A stretch of DNA of 64,000 bases from an uncultured Methanosarcinales archaeon (GTDB lineage: Archaea > Nanobdellota > Nanobdellia > Woesearchaeales > CAYVYK01): assembly GCA_964455675.1 (NCBI GenBank), contig CAYVYK010000003.1, forward strand, positions 1-64,000, in the 5' to 3' direction. How positions within the stretch are numbered: the stretch's first letter is position 1; each line of letters opens with the position of its first letter. Made by a program: the position numbers and the translations under genes. A model generated the notes under the pieces. The model had not been told where the DNA came from. It made no database searches and saw only the letters and a program-made list of their open reading frames with translations. Positions 18,942 to 29,671 of this stretch are shown piece after piece.

Positions 18942-20006
18942 TTATTCCTTTTCATTCATATCAATCGATGCCGTCAGTGCATACGAGCCAAGAATCGCGT
19001 CCATCGGCGCGTAGCGATTGTCAAATTCGAGGACAAGAGGAACGCTTTTTGGGATTGCTCTCAAGCAGCTCGCTACGGGCACGGTGCCAATCGGCAACAC
19101 CCCATCAGGATCAAACATGACTGAAGCGACAAGCCTGTCACGGAACGCAAGATTCTCGCTACCGATATCCACGTCGCCATACATTCTGGATATGGAAACC
19201 GCACCATGCAGCGGGAAGTGCGGATCAACATCCTGCAGATTCGTTCGAGGAGCCGATTCACCAAAGCGCCGATCCACACAATACATACCACCATGGTTCT
19301 GGCTCAGCGAGACAACGCCAATATGATGATACACCTGATGAATCATCTCAACCAGATCAAACCCAAATACCCTCGACGCAAGATGAGCGTGCGGGAGGTC
19401 AAGATCCAGTTTGACCCTTGGGCCGAGCGCAGAAGAGAACTCGACGATCTCCGAGGGCACTTGGAGGCCATACGTGATTCGCGGATTTAAGTTTTCCAAA
19501 CAGAGCGCCATATCATGCGGGAAGTTGTCATCCAGCCGCTGCAGAATAACTCTCAAGGTCTCAATAGCCACCTCTTTTGCCTTTTGATACTTATTAGACC
19601 GCAAAAACTTCTGCACGGAATCATACTGCTCATCAAACGACCGCAGAAGCGCAAACTTCTTTTCATCATCCTTTGGCAAGGCAAACCTGCCACCAAGAAC
19701 ATAAAACGGATGAATCGTAACACACTTCGCGTTAACACGGACAGCAGTCTCGAAACTGCCAGCAATCAAATCATAATTCCTTTCCAAATGCTCTTCTGCT
19801 GCAGCGAGATTCGGATGCAAACCCGTCGCGTTTGGAGAGGGGCCATGAACACCGATAACCTGTATTCCTTCCTCCTGTATTCGCTGAATCACAGACTCAA
19901 GTGCCTTGGGTCCATGACTAGAAACCTCGACAATTGGAACCATTGCCCTTGTCAGCAATGGAAGTCTTTCACCCTCAAAGACCGACGTGGAAAGAGCAGT
20001 TACCAC
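18942..20006 (-). CDS. Xylose-isomerase-like TIM barrel (AP_endonuc_2-type)
   Basis: HP, LENL, LDLPH, D.H.P, LVLE metal-ligand pattern. Confidence 0.6.
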   Translation of the reverse strand: MVTALSTSVFEGERLPLLTRAMVPIVEVSSHGPKALESVIQRIQEEGIQVIGVHGPSPNATGLHPNLAAAEEHLERNYDLIAGSFETAVRVNAKCVTIHPFYVLGGRFALPKDDEKKFALLRSFDEQYDSVQKFLRSNKYQKAKEVAIETLRVILQRLDDNFPHDMALCLENLNPRITYGLQVPSEIVEFSSALGPRVKLDLDLPHAHLASRVFGFDLVEMIHQVYHHIGVVSLSQNHGGMYCVDRRFGESAPRTNLQDVDPHFPLHGAVSISRMYGDVDIGSENLAFRDRLVASVMFDPDGVLPIGTVPVASCLRAIPKSVPLVLEFDNRYAPMDAILGSYALTASIDMNEKE

Positions 20007-20010
20007 GCCA

Positions 20011-21054
20011 TCACCGGTTCTTCAAGAAATTCTCCATCACGACAGTCTTGCCTGTCAAAGCGCTCTCATAAATCGCTTGGATGACCTCGATAGATTTCCT
20101 ACCCTCAAATGCATCAATATCATGCTCCTTGTTATGCACAAGCGAGCCAACAAAATTCTTGTACACTTCCGCATGGCCAAAACCGTAGACGTTTGGAGGC
20201 TCCGTGTTATAACGGTACACATACTCATCATCATTCTCAAAATTGCGGAATTCCCAATGTTCCACCTTATTCACGGCGGTTCCACCGATCTTCACACTTC
20301 CAAACTCCCCAATGACAGTGACTGATCCTTCCATATTCTTTGGGTAAGCACAGGTCGTTGCCTCGATGACTCCGAGCGCGCCATTCTTGAAATGCAGAAC
20401 CGCAACAGCAGTATCCTCAACTTCAATCTTCCGGATGCGGGTCTTTGTGTACGCCTTTACCGACTCAACTTCACCACCGATCCATCGTACGAGATCGACG
20501 TGGTGACTTGCCTGGTTGAGCAGGACGCCGCCATCCCATCGCTTTGTTCCACGCCACTTATCCTGATCATAATACTCCTGAGGACGCGCCCAGCGCACGG
20601 TTGTATTAATAATCACCAGACGGCCGAAACGATTGCGATCAAGAGCATCTTTTAGTTTTCGAACAGCAGGATTATAACGATTCTGCTTAACGATATAGAG
20701 CCGTACACCATTCTCCTTACACGCGCGAGTCATCTGATCAGCACCCTCGAGCGTGAGCGCCATAGGCTTTTCACACACCACATGCTTCTTGTGCTTTGCA
20801 GCTGCGATCGTCATCTCCGCATGGTATCCGGAAGGCGTGCAGATGCTCACTGCATCAATCTCTTGATCCTGCAGCATCTTTTTATAATCTGTATACGCTT
20901 TCACATGATGCTTCTTTGCCGTCTCGGCCAATCTCTGCTTATTTGTATCACAAACTGCGACAAGCTTGGCAGTTGCCTGTATTGCCTGAATATGCCTATC
21001 AGAAATTCTTCCGCAACCAATAAGGCCAAATCGCACAACCCTCTGATCATCCAT
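20011..21054 (-). CDS. Gfo/Idh/MocA oxidoreductase (WbpB/WlbA-like UDP-sugar 3-dehydrogenase)
   Basis: IGCGRIS, CEKPM, VKQNRYNP, WARPQEYY, NQASHHVD. Confidence 0.9.
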   Translation of the reverse strand: MDDQRVVRFGLIGCGRISDRHIQAIQATAKLVAVCDTNKQRLAETAKKHHVKAYTDYKKMLQDQEIDAVSICTPSGYHAEMTIAAAKHKKHVVCEKPMALTLEGADQMTRACKENGVRLYIVKQNRYNPAVRKLKDALDRNRFGRLVIINTTVRWARPQEYYDQDKWRGTKRWDGGVLLNQASHHVDLVRWIGGEVESVKAYTKTRIRKIEVEDTAVAVLHFKNGALGVIEATTCAYPKNMEGSVTVIGEFGSVKIGGTAVNKVEHWEFRNFENDDEYVYRYNTEPPNVYGFGHAEVYKNFVGSLVHNKEHDIDAFEGRKSIEVIQAIYESALTGKTVVMENFLKNR

Positions 21055-21079
21055 GCTCCTTGAGAGTCAAAGATCGCTT

Positions 21080-22057
21080 TTAAAACTTGTGCTTGAAAAA
21101 TCCAGAGATAAAACCAACGCCGTACATAAAATGCTCAATGAAGTAAAAGAAAGGAGACACGATCATCAGCAAGGGATCTCTCGTCACGAACAGGGAGCAG
21201 ATCCATCCGATCAGCACGTACGCAAGGAGAGACAATCCATACAGCAGGCGCAAGAAGGGAATGAAGACAGCAGCACACGCTCCTCCTATTATATAGGCAG
21301 AAAACACCGAAGGGATGATGTATGACCACCGGAACGAAGCAGGATGCTTCTTCATGATGAACTTGCGGGCCATGCCATACCTATACATCTGACGGACAAA
21401 TTTTCTGACCGAGTCCCTATTCCTCCGAAAAACATGAGTCTCTGGTGTGAAGATAATCTTGTATCCCTTCTCTATCACGCGATAATTCAGCTCAAAATCC
21501 TGTCCGCACCAAAATTTGTCATCAAAACCACCAACCTCATCAAGAACCTCTTTTCTGTAGAGAGCAAATGCAATACTTGGCACGGACACGTCCTTGTCAA
21601 ACCTGGCGTTCTGGTCCACATTTTTAACACCACCAAAGATACTCGCGTACACCACAGCAACTGCGCGAGCAACAAAAGACTTGTCATTTGGGGCGATATT
21701 TGCACATCCCACAACCGCCACATCCTTCCTTGCCTTGCGCAGTTTACCCACGAGCACCGAGAGCATATTTTTCTCAGCCATTGCATGGGCAGAATAGTTC
21801 ATGACGAACTTGCCGCGCGCGTTATCGACGCCGATATTGCGGCCAATTGCGGTATTACCTGTAGGATTAGCGAAGATTCTCACATTCCCATATTTTTTCT
21901 TGTACTCCTCAGCAACCTTTCTTGTGTCATCCGAAGAATTACCGTCCATGATGAGAATCTCAAACGGCTCAAGAAAGTCCTGAGCGTAGAGGCAATCAAG
22001 TGTTTCCCGAAGATTCTTTCCCTCATTTCTAGCAGGAATAACAATAGACACGATCAT
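21080..22057 (-). CDS. Glycosyltransferase family 2
   Basis: SIVIPARNE, DGNSSDDT, GGFD, QDFELNYR; C-terminal TMs. Confidence 0.9.
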   Translation of the reverse strand: MIVSIVIPARNEGKNLRETLDCLYAQDFLEPFEILIMDGNSSDDTRKVAEEYKKKYGNVRIFANPTGNTAIGRNIGVDNARGKFVMNYSAHAMAEKNMLSVLVGKLRKARKDVAVVGCANIAPNDKSFVARAVAVVYASIFGGVKNVDQNARFDKDVSVPSIAFALYRKEVLDEVGGFDDKFWCGQDFELNYRVIEKGYKIIFTPETHVFRRNRDSVRKFVRQMYRYGMARKFIMKKHPASFRWSYIIPSVFSAYIIGGACAAVFIPFLRLLYGLSLLAYVLIGWICSLFVTRDPLLMIVSPFFYFIEHFMYGVGFISGFFKHKF

Positions 22058-23208
22058 GTGAACCTCCCCATCCACGACTGCAGAGCGAAGCGAATATCCC
22101 CTCCTAACCGAGCACCCTGGTTACCAACAAACTCCGTTGGATATGAGAGAGCACCAATGAGCGAGACCACCGCATACGCCGCGATGCCAATAATCAGCCA
22201 TCCATTTGTGTGATTCCAGAACGATTTCTGCCCGAGGTACTCCGAGCAGTCCAGAATACCTCTTGAAGCGAGCAAAAGAACGACCGGAAATAGCATGAAT
22301 GAATACCTTGGGCTGTAAATATGCGTCGTGATGAATGTGAACACCAGGACTGGAATCATCACCATAAGGAAATTTTTGACAAACGCCCTTTCATCCGTGC
22401 TTGAAGTTCGCCAACCGAATATCAGAAAGAACCACGCCACGTGAAAAGCGACGAATGAGCGGAATACAAAGACCCAGAGCCCATTCCAGGAGAAGATATC
22501 CCAATTAAACCAATTCAGCCACGCGCTGGAAACGTTTTCACCTGTGAAAGACTTCCACATGAAGAATGGGATGAACATAAGAATAATCACGAGGAGAATA
22601 CTCAATGCTCTCGAGCGGAGGATCCTTACGATCATCCACTTCTCTTTTGATACGAGCCACACAAACCAGTAGAGGAGCAGAAATCCCAGGGTCTCCCGAA
22701 TAAGCATACAGCCTGCAAAAAAAAGTCCTAGAATCACCACATGATGTGCACGCTCGATCTTTCCTATCCGTTCAATCAGAAGAATTCCCGCCATGATACC
22801 AAAAAAACCCGCAGCATCCGTTAAAACTCTTGGCCCCCAAATCATTACTGGGGAAGAGAGCGCGAACAATGAACCTGCAATGATACCTATCTTCGCAGAT
22901 GCTAAGTTGCGACAAAATATATAGACTAAAAACGATGTGAGCGCGATAAAAACGATGTTAATAACTCCAAAACTCGCATTCAATCCAATAGAGGGTTCAA
23001 GAAGTGCAGCAAGCGCTGGAACAACAGGACGCATGGCAAAGGGCGAGGCAACGTGAACATCATCTCCCTGAATTAACAACGTCAGGTTGCGGTAGTCACG
23101 AGAATCTCGAAGTTCTGCACCAAAAAACATAAGGGAGCTAACCATGGAAAGAGCTAACAACAGTATCAGGACTGCCCACTCATTATATCTTTCCATGCGT
23201 GTTTTCAT
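22054..23208 (-). CDS. Polytopic GT-C-like (PMT/ArnT-like) glycosyltransferase
   Basis: About 10 TMs, DSRDY, LTD, RE and PRY motifs. Confidence 0.65.
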   Translation of the reverse strand: MKTRMERYNEWAVLILLLALSMVSSLMFFGAELRDSRDYRNLTLLIQGDDVHVASPFAMRPVVPALAALLEPSIGLNASFGVINIVFIALTSFLVYIFCRNLASAKIGIIAGSLFALSSPVMIWGPRVLTDAAGFFGIMAGILLIERIGKIERAHHVVILGLFFAGCMLIRETLGFLLLYWFVWLVSKEKWMIVRILRSRALSILLVIILMFIPFFMWKSFTGENVSSAWLNWFNWDIFSWNGLWVFVFRSFVAFHVAWFFLIFGWRTSSTDERAFVKNFLMVMIPVLVFTFITTHIYSPRYSFMLFPVVLLLASRGILDCSEYLGQKSFWNHTNGWLIIGIAAYAVVSLIGALSYPTEFVGNQGARLGGDIRFALQSWMGRFT

Positions 23209-23255
23209 GCACACAAGCAGAAAGATCAACCTATAAGAATGTTATGCTCCTCACA

Positions 23256-24044
23256 TCAACGATACCGACCTAGGGCATCCATCTTTCTTATGTGGATAAT
23301 CTCAAAGAACATCTCAAAAGCCGTCTTTAAAGGGGTTACTTTCGTGCCCCGATCGTCAGCCCACTCGACGGGGATCTCCTTGATGCAATACCCTAGTTTT
23401 TTTGCCACATACAAGATTTCGACATCAAATCCCCAGCCATCAATCGTCTGACGAGAGAATATTGGAACAACAACTGATTTTTTGAATAGCTTAAATCCAC
23501 ACTGGGTATCATGAATCCCACGGATTGTAAGCGAACGGACAATCATATTGTATGTCTTGCCCATAAAGACCCTATAGAAAGGCTGGCTCTTTGTGATCTT
23601 TGAGCCGCGCACAGCACGTGAACCTATTACCACATCACACCCTTTCTCCATTTCCATAGAAAGACGATCAAGCTCCCCTATCGGTGTTGATAGATCAGCG
23701 TCGGAAAACAGTACCATTCTTCCCCGTGCCGCAAGCATTCCTCTCTTCACAACAGAACCCTTGCCTTTGTTCTGCCCAACACTAATTACCATCCATGTCG
23801 AATTCTTCGTTCTTGCGTTCAACGATGGAAGCACTCGACGGACCACTTCGACTGTCGGGTCGGTACTCCCGTCATCCACAACAATAACCTCATATCTTCC
23901 GTCCTTGGATGAAATATACTCCGCAATCTTATGCAAGGATGAGACTATTCTCTGACTCTCATTAAATGCAGGTATGACAATCGAAACGTCGACGTTAGGA
24001 CTATTAATGCGTTTCTTCTTCTTTGAGTGCGATTCTGCGGACAA
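23256..24044 (-). CDS. Dolichyl-phosphate glycosyltransferase (Alg5/Dpm1-like GT2); start uncertain
   Basis: IPAFNE, DDGSTD, DADLS, DTQCGFK, GFDVE. Confidence 0.9.
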   Translation of the reverse strand: MSAESHSKKKKRINSPNVDVSIVIPAFNESQRIVSSLHKIAEYISSKDGRYEVIVVDDGSTDPTVEVVRRVLPSLNARTKNSTWMVISVGQNKGKGSVVKRGMLAARGRMVLFSDADLSTPIGELDRLSMEMEKGCDVVIGSRAVRGSKITKSQPFYRVFMGKTYNMIVRSLTIRGIHDTQCGFKLFKKSVVVPIFSRQTIDGWGFDVEILYVAKKLGYCIKEIPVEWADDRGTKVTPLKTAFEMFFEIIHIRKMDALGRYR

Positions 24045-24342
24045 GCTTCTCCACCTTCTTCTGCATCTTCTTTAGCTGGCTATACGTATGGAAATGAAAT
24101 GCAACCAGTACCATGAATCCTATAATAATGTACAAGTCAAGAGCTCTCACAATGTGCAGCGGTTGTAAAATTGGATCAACAATCCTTGGGATAAATGTCA
24201 ACAGCAGAAAGACTGCCCATAACAGGACCCATCCAACAAATTCGATCCCGGTGATCTCTTTTCTCTTGAAATTCAGAAAAACAACATACAGAATACCCAA
24301 CGCAAAAATCAATCCCACAACCTGAATTCCTGATATTATCAT
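24004..24342 (-). CDS. DUF2304-type small membrane protein
   Basis: 3 TMs plus C-terminal coiled segment, directly downstream of a GT2. Confidence 0.75.
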   Translation of the reverse strand: MIISGIQVVGLIFALGILYVVFLNFKRKEITGIEFVGWVLLWAVFLLLTFIPRIVDPILQPLHIVRALDLYIIIGFMVLVAFHFHTYSQLKKMQKKVEKLVRRIALKEEETH

Positions 24343-24998
24343 TTTGCCAACCTCAATCCAATCATTTTTGCAACAATTTTCACGCCATCAAGGGGCGTCG
24401 TACCCTTATAATCATCCAAGTACACCGTCGGAACCGCTACTTGCGTGAATCGCAGATGATGACGCGCCGCACGCGCAATGATCTCAGTCTCAACCTCATA
24501 ATCCATCGACTCCCACCGAATCTTCTCATACGCGCTCCTTTTCCACGAACGGAATCCGCAGAGGATATCCTTCACATCAACATGGTGGATGATCCTCATG
24601 CATCCGTTGATGAACCGATTGCCCATACCAAGCACAAGAGGCATACTCCTGTCAAACTTCCGATATCCATACACTAGATCATGATCAGCAAGCCCTTTCA
24701 CAAACTGGGGAATAAGATTAGGATCATGCTGGCCGTCAGCGTCCATGACCACCATCATCTTTGCACCGTGATTGAACGCATACTCACAGCCGGTCTTCAG
24801 CGCCGAACCCTTGCCCAGGTTCACCACATGACGAAGAGCAATGATCCCTTCAGTTCGCGCGATATCATATGTACGATCATCACTACCATCATCAACAACA
24901 ATAATATTACTGCAGAACTTCTTACTGCGCTTCACGACGCCCCCGATGTGCCTGGATTCATTGTATGCGGGAATAATTAAAAACACATCATCCCTCAT
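24339..24998 (-). CDS. Glycosyltransferase family 2 (DPM1-like)
   Basis: IPAYNE, DDGSDD, GKG, DADGQH. Confidence 0.92.
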   Translation of the reverse strand: MRDDVFLIIPAYNESRHIGGVVKRSKKFCSNIIVVDDGSDDRTYDIARTEGIIALRHVVNLGKGSALKTGCEYAFNHGAKMMVVMDADGQHDPNLIPQFVKGLADHDLVYGYRKFDRSMPLVLGMGNRFINGCMRIIHHVDVKDILCGFRSWKRSAYEKIRWESMDYEVETEIIARAARHHLRFTQVAVPTVYLDDYKGTTPLDGVKIVAKMIGLRLAK

Positions 24999-27967
24999 AC
25001 AGTGACCTCCACCGTCGAGTTAACTACAGGTGAAACGGGCGTTGCGTCCTCTGCATCACTTGGGGATGAACTCTCCACTGGTCCCAAACCCTGCAGAATA
25101 TTATTCTCTGTACCCTCCCAGTTGACTTTCCAGACGTAGATCTCATTACCATTAAATGACGTCTGATGCGTCAAGAGCTTGAAGTGCTTGAGCCCGTGGC
25201 CTTCCAGCCAGTAGAGCTTCGTAAACATGCTGCCCGCAAGAGCTGGATCGCTCTGGATAGTGATCCAATTACTTCCATCCCTTACAACGGTTATCCCAAC
25301 CTTCATGCCATTCCTGCTCTCTATGAGGTTACCTGTGAAGTCTTTCTTCAGGTACGACCCATCTGATTTTGGAATGACTACCCTATTTGGGCGATACAGC
25401 GTGCCATCAGGACCGCGAACACCGGCTTCACCTGTCACAAGATTCACTTCGATTCCGCTATCGCATGAAAGGACGTCAGTCTCTGTCATTTCACAAGAAG
25501 AGGCACCGGCAAAACTTGGCCAAGGCGCGATCCAACGATCAGCATCCGTTGTTTGGATCTCACCGTAGACTCTAGCTGCCTCTTCAGCTGCAAGGCCATA
25601 CTTCTCCTGGAGCAAGGCGACACCCTCTGACTGGGACAGTTTATTTACGTTCAAGTACATATCCGCTTTCGTGAAATTCCAACTGCCAAAGTGTGCCCAA
25701 ACACCACTCTTTCCTATCATATCATCGCTCGCGATATAATAATCCTCAGGAGGATTGCAATGTGTCTTTGTGAGCACAGCATCTGCCTCTTCCGCCCTGA
25801 TGCCTGATGAAATGAGATACTCCCGAGCCTGATCCTTGTCAAGCACAATAATATGGTTAATCACATCGATTGTCTTTGGCCCATCGTCAATGATCGGAAG
25901 CAGCATCTCGTACGCGTCATTAGCACTGCAGTCAAGCATCCGCAAGATCCCAACCGTGACATCCTCATCATCCGTCAGGAAACTTCTCCCAATCCAATAC
26001 GCATGGGAGCCCTTCTGTACACTACCATCAAATGTTGCACTTCTATTCGCGACCGTTATAAACCAGTGGCCATAATCCCACCACGAATTAATTATCGCGT
26101 CAGGCTTGCTATCCGCTTTGATCATCTGCAATGAGGTCACCCATGACTTGTTGATCAGGGGAACCTGATACATTCCGCTCTTATGGGCAGTCACCACCGG
26201 GCTTATGAGCAGCGTCAGAGCACATAGAATCAACACTGCAGAGATCGCCTTTCTCATTACATTTGACGAGACCTCCTTATCCAAATATGACTGGACATAC
26301 TCGTAGAGAATCCCAATACATGTACCAAAAGCCACGACAAACGCGGGTATTAAGAGCAGCAGGAATCTGATCCCATTCAACGTAGCATAGATCGTAGCCA
26401 CGTACCAAATGAGCAGAAGCAAAGACCTCTTGTACGGCGAAAGCTTCTCTGTCCGCACGAGGAACATGATCAGAACGGGAGGTATACTAATCAATATCAC
26501 ATACAACAGATAGTGGCGACCAATGAGACTAAAGACGCTGTCCGTGTGCAAAATGGCGTACCACACGAGCGAACCCACGAGCAAACCAATCGACCGCCAC
26601 AGACGCTTTTCCTCACGAATCAAGATGAGCGTTATACCAACGAGCGCGAGTATGTAATAGAATCTCCCACCCATCTCAGAAATTATATCGCCAATATCAG
26701 CCTCATTCAATTCAGCTACGGTTGTATGAATCTTTGGGAATATATCCGTTTCGGCAACGTGTTTTCCTATAGCCTGCTTTGGAGCAAGCGCATTCAATGG
26801 AGCATCAAAGAACGTTACGGGACCACTAAATATGGAAACAAAAACTCCTGACGCAATAATGAATATCACGAGCATACCAAGTGACTCGCGCGCAGGGCCG
26901 CTTTTCCAGGCTTCCATAAATCCCTTTTTCCGGTGGGCCAATACTTTAATTGCCACGTGATAGGCAAGATACGCAAGTGTTGTTGCGACGATGATCACAA
27001 AAATGTACCACCATCCTTCCCACGCGAATGAGAAGATGCCGATGAACAACCCTGCAAGAGAACTTAAGATAATCTTATTTCTCCATGAGGATGCCTCAAA
27101 ACTCTCAATAAAGAGCCAAGTAATCATCAAGGGCAGCAGCACGTTGAACCCGTCAGTTTCAGGAACCCCTGCGCTTGTACGGGAGATGAACTGCGCTGCT
27201 GTGGCAAGCATCATCGCCGACATAAATCCTCCAAGGTTTCCAGCGATCCTCCTTCCGATAAAGAACGCTGGGATTATTGCGAGGGATGCAATGACCACAG
27301 AAGAATAATAGGCCGCGATAAACACCGTCTGTTCATGCGCCCAAATCTGAACAATCGAGAGAATCCAATAAATTACTAAGATTGAATACATCAACATGTC
27401 TCGGGGAATTTCTACTCCCTTTGGAGCATATTTTTGTGTGTCATAAAATTTTCCATCAATCTCAACATTACCCGGATGGCCCTTTTCTATTAGATAAGTG
27501 GCTTGACGTACATGATGATACGGATCAATGTCAAGTACATAGGTATGACCCCACTCATTCTGAAACTGGCTCTTAAAATATTGTGATGCTTGCTCAATTT
27601 CGATATTGATCTGATCATGATTCTCCTGAAGGACTTCGTTAAATCTCTCATTCAGCAGCAAGGTCTTCCGGTCATCGGGAAGGTTTGGGAACTCCTGTGA
27701 TATCTGAGCTGCCATCTGATTCTTGATATTATTGTAGACTGTCTCTGTTGCCCATTCGTCGGTAATCGGGAGTGAAATGGGATATGTGCGAAACACAACA
27801 GCGAGAATGAGCGGGATGAGTACCAGGAACAAGACCTGATATGTTTTGATATTCTTCCAAAATTTTTTCAGCTCACCAGGTGATTGGTCCTTGCTACCTT
27901 TAAAGAAATTCTTGATCCTTTTCCAATCAATGATCACTTCATCCTGCGCATCATTCTGTTCTGGCAT
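24995..27967 (-). CDS. aglB: Oligosaccharyltransferase AglB (STT3)
   Basis: DIDPY, ETD, TVAEL, SWWDYG; many TMs. Confidence 0.96.
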   Translation of the reverse strand: MPEQNDAQDEVIIDWKRIKNFFKGSKDQSPGELKKFWKNIKTYQVLFLVLIPLILAVVFRTYPISLPITDEWATETVYNNIKNQMAAQISQEFPNLPDDRKTLLLNERFNEVLQENHDQINIEIEQASQYFKSQFQNEWGHTYVLDIDPYHHVRQATYLIEKGHPGNVEIDGKFYDTQKYAPKGVEIPRDMLMYSILVIYWILSIVQIWAHEQTVFIAAYYSSVVIASLAIIPAFFIGRRIAGNLGGFMSAMMLATAAQFISRTSAGVPETDGFNVLLPLMITWLFIESFEASSWRNKIILSSLAGLFIGIFSFAWEGWWYIFVIIVATTLAYLAYHVAIKVLAHRKKGFMEAWKSGPARESLGMLVIFIIASGVFVSIFSGPVTFFDAPLNALAPKQAIGKHVAETDIFPKIHTTVAELNEADIGDIISEMGGRFYYILALVGITLILIREEKRLWRSIGLLVGSLVWYAILHTDSVFSLIGRHYLLYVILISIPPVLIMFLVRTEKLSPYKRSLLLLIWYVATIYATLNGIRFLLLLIPAFVVAFGTCIGILYEYVQSYLDKEVSSNVMRKAISAVLILCALTLLISPVVTAHKSGMYQVPLINKSWVTSLQMIKADSKPDAIINSWWDYGHWFITVANRSATFDGSVQKGSHAYWIGRSFLTDDEDVTVGILRMLDCSANDAYEMLLPIIDDGPKTIDVINHIIVLDKDQAREYLISSGIRAEEADAVLTKTHCNPPEDYYIASDDMIGKSGVWAHFGSWNFTKADMYLNVNKLSQSEGVALLQEKYGLAAEEAARVYGEIQTTDADRWIAPWPSFAGASSCEMTETDVLSCDSGIEVNLVTGEAGVRGPDGTLYRPNRVVIPKSDGSYLKKDFTGNLIESRNGMKVGITVVRDGSNWITIQSDPALAGSMFTKLYWLEGHGLKHFKLLTHQTSFNGNEIYVWKVNWEGTENNILQGLGPVESSSPSDAEDATPVSPVVNSTVEVTV

Positions 27968-28287
27968 TGAAAACCCCCGTCGTTTGAAACCCAACCCTGT
28001 TTATAAAGTTTGTGCAGTGCATTCGGGAACGAGCGGAGGGTGCTGTCAGTTGCTTGTGCAAATAGAAACAACCTATGTATCCATGTTTTCTCATCGGCGC
28101 CACATCCCTCTTTTCAGGACGGTGAAGCATGATCTAGTTTTCGCGCATCCTTGAGTTGTCATCACGTCGAGGCAAAACACAGACTCTTGAGTATTCTACA
28201 GTAGTGAAAAAGGAAAATTTTATATACCTTGCCATTATCCAACATAACTTCGTATTGTTAATAACAACAATTGTGGGGTGCTATCGT

Positions 28288-29661
28288 ATGTCAAACCTTG
28301 AACATAGAGTACATTCTCGAAGACCAGGAATACTTGCCGCGTGGGGTGCAGCTGCTATTCTCAGTGCAGGCGCTGCAATCGGCATTGAGGGATGTGGTGC
28401 TGATCCATTCAAGCCAAACAGTCCACCAACCATCAAAGCGCGATACTTCCCAGGAAACGCGCTCAACGCCGCCACAGCTTTTCCAGACCAAATCCCAAGC
28501 GCACCAGACGTCCCCAACCCTAATACAAATTCCGAAATGGGCGTCGACTTTGAAGACAAGGACGGTGACAGCCTTGCAGTCAAGGCTCGTGTTATGTACC
28601 GGCCACTTGGCAGCGATAGGTTAGTGCCTGCAGATGAAAATCTTCTTGCAACACTCACCCACACAACTGAAGGAAATGAAACTCAAGCATGGATCCGACT
28701 TTGGTCCCGACGCGAAGGCGGACCACAACCAGGAGACTATGAAGTCCTTGTGATGGGAAGTGATCGACAAGGAGAACGATACGCTCTTTTCGTTGCAGGA
28801 GGACCATTACCTTTCCCATTCGCATTCGGCGCGATCGCGAATGTCGAGGAAGGAACAGTTGGCGTCAGCTTGCCTTACAAGATACTTAATCCAGATGAAG
28901 ATGAACCAATACCTGGACCAAATGATGCAGACGGAGACGGAATCACCAATGCACTTGACAACTGCCCGAACGCATACAACCCTGCACAGCAGGACATGGA
29001 TGGAGACGGCGTTGGCGATGCATGCGACAGTACTCCAAGTGGAAATGACACGGACGAAGATGGCATTCCCGATGGAATCGACAACTGCCCGAGCGCGTAC
29101 AATCCAGGACAGAACGACGCAGACGGCGACGGTGTCGGCGATGCATGCGATGGTACACCAGCCAGCCAAGATACCGACGGTGACGGCATTGCAGATCTTG
29201 TCGACAACTGCCCCGCAGTCCCGAATCCAGGTCAAGCAGACTCCGACCAGGATGGCATTGGTGATGCGTGTGACACGACTCCTTATGGCATGAACGACTT
29301 TATTGTCATGTACAACGGAAATGTTGTGCAGCCAACATGGACTGAAAGCTACCTTGATGGCGAGAGAATCCAAAGTAATGCAACAGTAATCCCACAGGAC
29401 GGCCAGTCACATGAAGTGCTTGTGATACCACAGTACCCCATGAATCCAGATGATCTTCAGGTGAACGAAGCATTCCCGAGGCAAGACCCGAGCATTCCGC
29501 GCATGTACGGACTCGAACGAGAAGTGCTGTCACCAGGACCAGGAATGCCTTACGGTGGAGTTCGACTCCATATTGTCAGGCACCAGCCAGGAGACGTGCG
29601 GGTCGAAGTGAGCGATGCAGCTGCTGCACCATACCACACCGAAGAAGTCGACCTCGATTAG
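28288..29661 (+). CDS. Secreted lipoprotein-like protein with thrombospondin type-3 repeats
   Basis: SRR + hydrophobic stretch + IEGC; three DxDGDG..DNCP..NP.Q.D.DGDG.GDACD units. Confidence 0.8.
   Translation: MSNLEHRVHSRRPGILAAWGAAAILSAGAAIGIEGCGADPFKPNSPPTIKARYFPGNALNAATAFPDQIPSAPDVPNPNTNSEMGVDFEDKDGDSLAVKARVMYRPLGSDRLVPADENLLATLTHTTEGNETQAWIRLWSRREGGPQPGDYEVLVMGSDRQGERYALFVAGGPLPFPFAFGAIANVEEGTVGVSLPYKILNPDEDEPIPGPNDADGDGITNALDNCPNAYNPAQQDMDGDGVGDACDSTPSGNDTDEDGIPDGIDNCPSAYNPGQNDADGDGVGDACDGTPASQDTDGDGIADLVDNCPAVPNPGQADSDQDGIGDACDTTPYGMNDFIVMYNGNVVQPTWTESYLDGERIQSNATVIPQDGQSHEVLVIPQYPMNPDDLQVNEAFPRQDPSIPRMYGLEREVLSPGPGMPYGGVRLHIVRHQPGDVRVEVSDAAAAPYHTEEVDLD
28921..29289 (+). repeat. Three ~123-bp (41-aa) TSP3 Ca-binding repeats
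   Basis: Direct read of the translation. Confidence 0.85.
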
Positions 29662-29671
29662 AGGTAGCCAC

